IMG/VR virus record: IMGVR_UViG_3300042544_001590
Coordinates: 124,001-188,000 of that record
Length of the DNA stretch: 64,000 nt
Direction: 5' to 3' (one strand)
Below, in pieces: positions 58,391 to 64,000 of this stretch; the first letter of the stretch is position 1, and the number at the start of each line of letters is the position of its first letter. The notes beneath the pieces are model-generated. The model made no database searches and was not told where the DNA came from. It worked only from the letters and a program-made list of their open reading frames with translations. The translations under genes were made by a program, and so were the position numbers.

Positions 58391-60229
58391 TTACCAATTC
58401 TTGCAGCTTTCGGCTTTGGGGGTTCCGGGTTTCGCTTTATCGCAACCATGTCTTGCTCGAAATGCTTTCTTTCTATCAGTGTTTCCACTATCACCAGTTG
58501 CTTTCACACCTTTTTGTCCAAAATGGATTCTTTTATAACCCGAACCATCGGGGTCTTTTACACATTTAGTATATTTTTTACCCTTACGATCACTGGATGC
58601 TTTTTGAGTAACTTTGGTGCATTTCTTGGATTTTTCTAAGAACACGGCAACTTCCTGAAGATCAATCATGAAGTCGTTGATATCAACATTGAAAGATGAT
58701 GCGTATTTGTTTGCCAATTCATCAAAGGATTCGTTCACCGTTCCTTCATCTCTCATTCCTTGCACGGTGGACAACAATTGCGTTGCACTGTTAGCACCAC
58801 TTCTGGTTATAGACCAAAATCCCTTGAGTCGTGAATTGATAATATCCTTGGATGTTTTATTAAATGGTAAATTCTTGACAAGTTTCTTTAATTCTGGGAT
58901 GGCGGCATTCCATTGATCCTTTGACTTGATTTCTTCCAATTTCTTGATGAACTCTTCCATTGCCATATAACGGGGATCAACATCCAAATTCTCCAAAGGA
59001 ATGGTTTTTCTTTCCATACCTCGACCCGCAATGGAATTGAAGAATTTTTGTAATGATTGTGCTGGAAGTTCTCCGACTCTCCGCATCACTCCAATGTTTA
59101 TGTTGCGATTCAATGTGCGGGGATCAAAATTTTCCAATCCTCTATCGAATCGATTTACATGATAATCAATAAATGAAAATATGGGATTATCATCAGTTGT
59201 TAATTTTTTCAATAATCCCAATTTATAAAGAAAATCTGTTTTATTAACATTTAAAAAATCAACCCCGGTGGGTATTTCACTATCTGATATTCCATGCTCT
59301 ATTTTTAACATATCCAATATCCCTGCTGCTTTGTTGTTGATTAAACTTTTCACCTTCGCCAATACAGTATCATTGGATTTCATATTGTTGGATGTTTTTG
59401 TTTCTATTTTTGAATTTATTTCTTCAAATCGTTCATCCGCAGCGTTTGAAGCCTTTATAGCATTTATCAATTTTTTTTCAGCATCTTCTAATTTACTTTG
59501 AACGGAAGATAATTTTTTAACATCTTGTAAAAGAATAGATAATTCTATCTCCGCTTGCTGGATTTGACCGCTTAGGGTTTCCTTTTTTTCTTTAATCCTA
59601 GTATTCTTTTTTTCGGTTTTTTTTCTTTGGATAAAGGATTTGATTTGATCGATTCTATCACTACCATATAAAGAACTATCAAGAATTTCTTTGAGTCTAT
59701 TCACTTCGTCTCTCGCATCCGAAGCTTGTCCCGCTCTTTTTTGTTGAGAGACGAGAGCATTATTCCACTCTTTTTCATTATCATCATTTATAGTATCTAT
59801 TCTTAATCCTCCTACCAGTTTAATTTTACCATCTATATCTTCTTTCTTTTCACCGCTGTATATTTTTTTAAAATCTTCAAAGAATGTTTTGGAATTGAAT
59901 AGGATTGCAAAAGCATTAGCCATTTCTCTATCTCGCGCAGCTTTCAATTCATAGGTATCCTGTTGACTAACACCTTTGGAGGTGTCATAAAGATATTTTT
60001 TCATCTGATCTATTGGTTTTTGCTTTTCAAAATTGTCAACTTTGCCAACAGGACTGGACGAATAACCAGAGGAAGTTGATGCTCCAGCAACTCCCCCATC
60101 GGCTGTAATACCAGCTTGTTGCCCACTGATATTCTGTGGTCCTATATTTCGTTGCGCCCTAAAATACGCATCTCCCCCGCGAGTTCCCTTTGCTTCCAGC
60201 GCCAAATTATATAAATCATCAAAGTTCAT
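58391..60229 (-). CDS. large late protein with basic Cys-containing C-terminal domain
   Basis: TAAATA-N5-ATG; C-terminal KRIHFGQKG...RKKAFRARHGC...SCKNW. Confidence 0.7.
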   Translation of the reverse strand: MNFDDLYNLALEAKGTRGGDAYFRAQRNIGPQNISGQQAGITADGGVAGASTSSGYSSSPVGKVDNFEKQKPIDQMKKYLYDTSKGVSQQDTYELKAARDREMANAFAILFNSKTFFEDFKKIYSGEKKEDIDGKIKLVGGLRIDTINDDNEKEWNNALVSQQKRAGQASDARDEVNRLKEILDSSLYGSDRIDQIKSFIQRKKTEKKNTRIKEKKETLSGQIQQAEIELSILLQDVKKLSSVQSKLEDAEKKLINAIKASNAADERFEEINSKIETKTSNNMKSNDTVLAKVKSLINNKAAGILDMLKIEHGISDSEIPTGVDFLNVNKTDFLYKLGLLKKLTTDDNPIFSFIDYHVNRFDRGLENFDPRTLNRNINIGVMRRVGELPAQSLQKFFNSIAGRGMERKTIPLENLDVDPRYMAMEEFIKKLEEIKSKDQWNAAIPELKKLVKNLPFNKTSKDIINSRLKGFWSITRSGANSATQLLSTVQGMRDEGTVNESFDELANKYASSFNVDINDFMIDLQEVAVFLEKSKKCTKVTQKASSDRKGKKYTKCVKDPDGSGYKRIHFGQKGVKATGDSGNTDRKKAFRARHGCDKAKPGTPKAESCKNW

Positions 60230-60265
60230 ACTATTATTTAGAACAAATGACTAAATAATCCTATG
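60227..60265. promoter_or_regulatory. bidirectional late promoter cassette
   Basis: CAT-N5-TATTTA-N11-TAAATA-N5-ATG. Confidence 0.7.
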
Positions 60266-61030
60266 GGCAAGAAATTTGATGCTATCTATGAAGCTGTTGT
60301 GAGTCGTTCCGAAGTGGGGGGTTATCTTCCCGGCGATATCATAAAATTTAGGGATGGATATAAAAACACGGAAACTTACAAGTATATGCCATTCACTCTC
60401 AGGAAAGAAGTGGATGAATTGGCGACTTGCGGATTGAACATCAAAGTCGTTCAGGTTGGAGACAAACAATCAGGATATTCCATTGGAAATCAATTCAAAC
60501 CAGCATCCCAGATCGTTCTCACCATTGCTGCTGATCATGGTGGTGGTAGAACTTATGGTAGAGTGGTTGTCTGTCCCGCCATGGTTGATATGGTGGATGT
60601 GAGCGCAGGAGTTCCGGTTCCCGATCAATTCAAGCGCAAGGATACTGTCATCATCAAGCCCAAACCCTTAAAAATTGATCCAAAGATCATCACCAATGTC
60701 ACTGACAAGGGAAATGGTAAGAATACCCCCACCGATCTGAAATTGGCGGGAGAATCCAAGGCTTGGGAATCCACCAAGGAATTGGCTGATTTGTATATGG
60801 AATCTTTGGGGGAGGTTCCCCTGAGAAATATGCCTCCAGAAAAATCTTTAGGGGAGGTTCCTCGGCGTGATCCGAACACACAACCCCCAACAAAAAACAG
60901 ATTGAATTTGCTTTATGATAGATTACCAGAACTTAAAAAAGCTATAGAAGATGTGAGGTATGGTTCTTTTAAAGAGTTCTATAACAAAATTTCAGAGTTT
61001 AAGGATTTTCTTGATAACGAGTTTGTTTAA
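60263..61030 (+). CDS. hypothetical late protein
   Basis: 255 aa; internal duplication SLGEVP x2. Confidence 0.7.
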   Translation: MGKKFDAIYEAVVSRSEVGGYLPGDIIKFRDGYKNTETYKYMPFTLRKEVDELATCGLNIKVVQVGDKQSGYSIGNQFKPASQIVLTIAADHGGGRTYGRVVVCPAMVDMVDVSAGVPVPDQFKRKDTVIIKPKPLKIDPKIITNVTDKGNGKNTPTDLKLAGESKAWESTKELADLYMESLGEVPLRNMPPEKSLGEVPRRDPNTQPPTKNRLNLLYDRLPELKKAIEDVRYGSFKEFYNKISEFKDFLDNEFV

Positions 61031-61058
61031 AAATAACAATCAAATAATAAATAACATC

Positions 61059-61775
61059 ATGGCACAATATAATAACAAAGATCAGCGCAATCTGGAAGAA
61101 CTCCTTGAAGAAGGGTGGATGGATCGTCTCAAGGCACGGGGAGCCGAAGCTTTGGGTTCCGTCAAAGGAGTGGGGCAACAAATCAAAGGTGGCTTTCAAC
61201 AAGCTGCTGGCAGTGGCTTGAGTAAGGCTGGAGATTGGCTTGAAAGCGATAAGATTTCTCGTAAAGGGGATAAATACACGCAACAAGGTCAAAAAAGTGA
61301 GCGAGAAGGAAGCGTCTCTGGTCACAATGCCAAAGTCCAGTATCTTCAGAAGAATATTGACAAACGTATTGACTCATTTGTTGCCGATATCAAAAATGAT
61401 ATTAAAAAGCTTGGTCTGGACATTGGTAACATTGAAATCGTGTCTGGTATCAATGCTGCTCTTGGACAACTCAAGAAAAGCGTGAGCGGTGCAACACCTC
61501 CTCCTTTACCACAACAATCTGGCGCAACACCTCCTCCTTTACCCCAACAATCTGGCGCAACACCCCCACCACTTCCAAAACAACAAACACCGGAGCCAGA
61601 AGAGGATGAGCCGGAAAATCCCGTGGAATACTCTTACAGAAAAGCTATTAGTAGGAAGAAAAAAACACAACCAAACACTAATCCCCGTAAAAGTAAGGTG
61701 AGAAAAGACCCATTTGCAAAATATGCCGCTCCCGAACAGGAAGAGGATTTGGACAAGATGTTTTGGGAACGCTAA
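61059..61775 (+). CDS. hypothetical late protein with Pro-rich repeats
   Basis: Start MAQYNNKD by TAAATA-N5 rule; GATPPPLP(Q/K)Q x3. Confidence 0.7.
   Translation: MAQYNNKDQRNLEELLEEGWMDRLKARGAEALGSVKGVGQQIKGGFQQAAGSGLSKAGDWLESDKISRKGDKYTQQGQKSEREGSVSGHNAKVQYLQKNIDKRIDSFVADIKNDIKKLGLDIGNIEIVSGINAALGQLKKSVSGATPPPLPQQSGATPPPLPQQSGATPPPLPKQQTPEPEEDEPENPVEYSYRKAISRKKKTQPNTNPRKSKVRKDPFAKYAAPEQEEDLDKMFWER
61488..61586 (+). repeat. 33-bp coding tandem repeat x3
   Basis: gg(t/c)gcaacacc...ccacaacaatct units. Confidence 0.8.
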
Positions 61776-62686
61776 AACAATTCCTCAAGCTGTAACAAGC
61801 AAGCAATACCACAAATCTCCCTGTCCGTAACGGATATCATCTTAAACAGGTTCTCCGCAATGATAAGGATAGCCTGTTTTTTTGTGGTATCATCCAAGGA
61901 TAAATCATAAAAATAGTTCAACAGGTCTTTCAGAAGGGATTCGTGATCGGAATCGAACAATTCCTCGTTCTCAATCAGAAATTTGCGTGTTTTCAGGGTA
62001 TCTCCCGATTTGAGATTGGTGTAAATCAAATCCATCACCTGATTGGTGTCTTTTTTCGTCTCAATGGAGAGAATCCCTGATTTTGAATATTTTTCCAATT
62101 CATTGATACATTTCCTGATATCGGGATAATGGCTTTTGATCAGGGCAACCAATGGTTTCTTCTGATCATCAGGAATCTCAATTTCCTCTTTTTTCAGAAT
62201 CTCCAGACACCTACGAGTAACATCTTTCAGGGATGTGTGGAGTGTGAGACTCTGGCAACGCGATTGGAGGGCGGGAATGATGCGATGCTTGTAATTGCCC
62301 GTGAGAATGAAACGTGTGGTGGATGAATAGGATTCCATGACATTCCTCAAAATTGCCATGGAACTTTTTGATAGATAATCAGCCTCATCCAAAATGACAA
62401 TTTTCAATCCCCCGTCAAAGCTCTTCGTTTGGGAGAATCCGATAACTTTATCCCTGATCGTATCCACCCCATTCTCATCGGAAGCGTTAATGTAAAGATA
62501 ATCACAATTTAGGATATCCTTTGCCAATATTTTGGCCAATGTTGTTTTACCAACACCACAAACCCCCGTCAATAATAGATTTGGAACATCTTTACCAAAA
62601 TCTTCGATGATTTTTCTGGTGGTGTCATCCACCATTAAATCGTCTAGCGTCTGTGGTCTGTAACGTTCTGTCCAAGGATTGCTCAT
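61772..62686 (-). CDS. gp44: clamp loader AAA+ subunit (gp44/RFC-small-like)
   Basis: WTERYRPQTL, GVCGVGKTT, INASDENGVDTIR, ILDEAD, ALQSRC. Confidence 0.92.
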   Translation of the reverse strand: MSNPWTERYRPQTLDDLMVDDTTRKIIEDFGKDVPNLLLTGVCGVGKTTLAKILAKDILNCDYLYINASDENGVDTIRDKVIGFSQTKSFDGGLKIVILDEADYLSKSSMAILRNVMESYSSTTRFILTGNYKHRIIPALQSRCQSLTLHTSLKDVTRRCLEILKKEEIEIPDDQKKPLVALIKSHYPDIRKCINELEKYSKSGILSIETKKDTNQVMDLIYTNLKSGDTLKTRKFLIENEELFDSDHESLLKDLLNYFYDLSLDDTTKKQAILIIAENLFKMISVTDREICGIACLLQLEELF

Positions 62687-63435
62687 ATGCCTACCAAACC
62701 AATAGCATGGTTTGAGCGATTGTCAATAGTCCGAACCAAATTTGCACAATCCAATAGACTGTCATATGTGCCAACGTCGAACCAAAATCCATCCAATTTC
62801 TCAACACCAACACCTTCTTTATCATTCATCATGCGAATCAGGTCAACAATTTCCAGTTCTCCTCTAGCAGATGGTTTGACTTTTTTAGCCATTTCCACAA
62901 CTTCATTGGAAAACACATAAAGACCAATCACTGCATCTTCGGAAATAAATTCTTTCGGTTTCTCCACAATTTGAATAATATTGCCATCTTCATCTGTTTC
63001 AACCACACCATAGGCGGATGGGTCTTTCACTTTATATGTGTAGATGGTGTTCGGTTGTGGTTGTATTGGGGAATTACCAATAATAACATTATCACCAAGA
63101 ATCAGGCAGATTTCATCTGCATCTTTGACAAATTCTTCCCCAACGATAAAAGCATCGACTAATCCTTTGGGAGAATCTTGGATTGCGTATGATAGATTTA
63201 ATCCGAATTTACTCCCATCTCCAAGTAGAATCTTGAATTGTTTTTGTTGATCCTCGTCGGCATTAATGATGAGGATATCAACATATCCCATATCTTTCAG
63301 CGTTTGAAGTGGAAATGCGATGCAGGGCTTGTTGAAAATTGGTAAAAGTTGCTTTGATATAACCTTGGTAATCGGGTATAATCTCGTAGCTTTTCCGCCC
63401 GCCAAAATTAGACCACGTTTAATCGTTTCTTGCAT
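62683..63435 (-). CDS. rmlA: glucose-1-phosphate thymidylyltransferase (RmlA/RfbA)
   Basis: GLILAGGKATRLYP.T...SKQLLPIFNKP, Q..PKGL..AF, LILGDN, SARGELEI. Confidence 0.9.
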   Translation of the reverse strand: MQETIKRGLILAGGKATRLYPITKVISKQLLPIFNKPCIAFPLQTLKDMGYVDILIINADEDQQKQFKILLGDGSKFGLNLSYAIQDSPKGLVDAFIVGEEFVKDADEICLILGDNVIIGNSPIQPQPNTIYTYKVKDPSAYGVVETDEDGNIIQIVEKPKEFISEDAVIGLYVFSNEVVEMAKKVKPSARGELEIVDLIRMMNDKEGVGVEKLDGFWFDVGTYDSLLDCANLVRTIDNRSNHAIGLVGI

Positions 63436-64000
63436 ATTTCTCCTCTATTTCGTTTTTAATTCTCTTATCTTCCGCTTGTTTCTCAAGCATTTTCTCAAAA
63501 CATTCCTTCATCACATCCTTCTCAAATCGCATCTCATAGATTTCCTTTGATTTGGAGCCATCCAGAACACAATTGCTTCTTCCAGTGGCAATGGGAAGAT
63601 CGGCAAGATATACGAATTTCCAATTATCGTTGTGGAATCCGTATTCTTTCATGACATCACACACTTCCTGTGTGGTTAATGCCTGTGGATTGATGACATT
63701 GTAGATGTTCTGTCCTTTCCATTTACCGACTTTTTTAATCAAAAGATTCTTCACAAATTCGCAGAAATCGGGGATATATGTCTTGGAGTTCTTGAAATTG
63801 ATCAAATCGTCGTATTGTCTAATTTTGTTCAAATAATTCCTATTAGATGATTCGTAATGGAATGGCATACGAACCCTCAGAATGATATTATCCATATTTT
63901 TTGATAAATTTTCAAAAGCGTGTTTTGATTTGGAATAAAATGAAGCCCTATTACAGAATAATCCATAATTTGGGGAATCTTCCTCGTTCCACACTTTCTC
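63419..64000 (-). CDS. RmlD-like SDR reductase/epimerase (partial, 5' end outside window)
   Basis: YSKSK (YxxxK), IILRVRMPF, IYNVINP; adjacent to rmlA; frame open to window edge. Confidence 0.7.
   Translation of the reverse strand, partial: EKVWNEEDSPNYGLFCNRASFYSKSKHAFENLSKNMDNIILRVRMPFHYESSNRNYLNKIRQYDDLINFKNSKTYIPDFCEFVKNLLIKKVGKWKGQNIYNVINPQALTTQEVCDVMKEYGFHNDNWKFVYLADLPIATGRSNCVLDGSKSKEIYEMRFEKDVMKECFEKMLEKQAEDKRIKNEIEEKYARND

Noticed and set aside
43258-61586. CRISPR-like or regulatory arrays in the tandem repeats at 43258-43433, 60803-60870 and 61488-61586
   Set aside because: All are in-frame coding repeats without unique spacers
1-64000. Stop-codon reassignment, tRNA or rRNA genes
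   Set aside because: All core genes except the gp46 split read through intact in the standard code with TAA, TGA and TAG stops; no cloverleaf or rRNA-like sequence was recognised (tRNAscan not run)

Overview
64 kb segment of a large, AT-rich, T4-superfamily-like myovirus genome (host not determinable from the sequence). It carries a replication/recombination/late-transcription core (UvsY-like, UvsW, gp55 late sigma, gp47, gp46, family B DNA polymerase gp43, UvsX, gp41 helicase, gp32 SSB, gp45 clamp, gp61 primase, gp44 clamp loader), a baseplate/tail block (gp6, gp25, tail-fibre/collar-like proteins), a glycosylation toolkit (RmlA, RmlD-like, three glycosyltransferases), a Mom-like DNA modifier, GIY-YIG and LAGLIDADG endonucleases, and many small accessory ORFs wedged between core genes. 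Most notable: (1) gp46 (Rad50/SbcC) is split at the first Cys codon of its zinc hook by an intact ORF that has a paralogue 7 kb away; (2) a ppGalNAc-T-like glycosyltransferase lies directly behind a mucin-like Thr/Pro protein in the tail module; (3) accessory ORFs are flanked by duplicated copies of core-gene junctions; (4) there is a strict TAAATA-N5-ATG promoter grammar implying leaderless mRNAs, including compact bidirectional cassettes, plus a separate TTAAAAACTAGA motif class; (5) an origin-like intergenic region holds two promoter + G-tract modules; (6) about 20 late proteins share a T4 internal-protein-like N-terminal signal. All protein family calls are by-eye motif recognition, not database searches. 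No tRNA, rRNA or CRISPR array was recognised.
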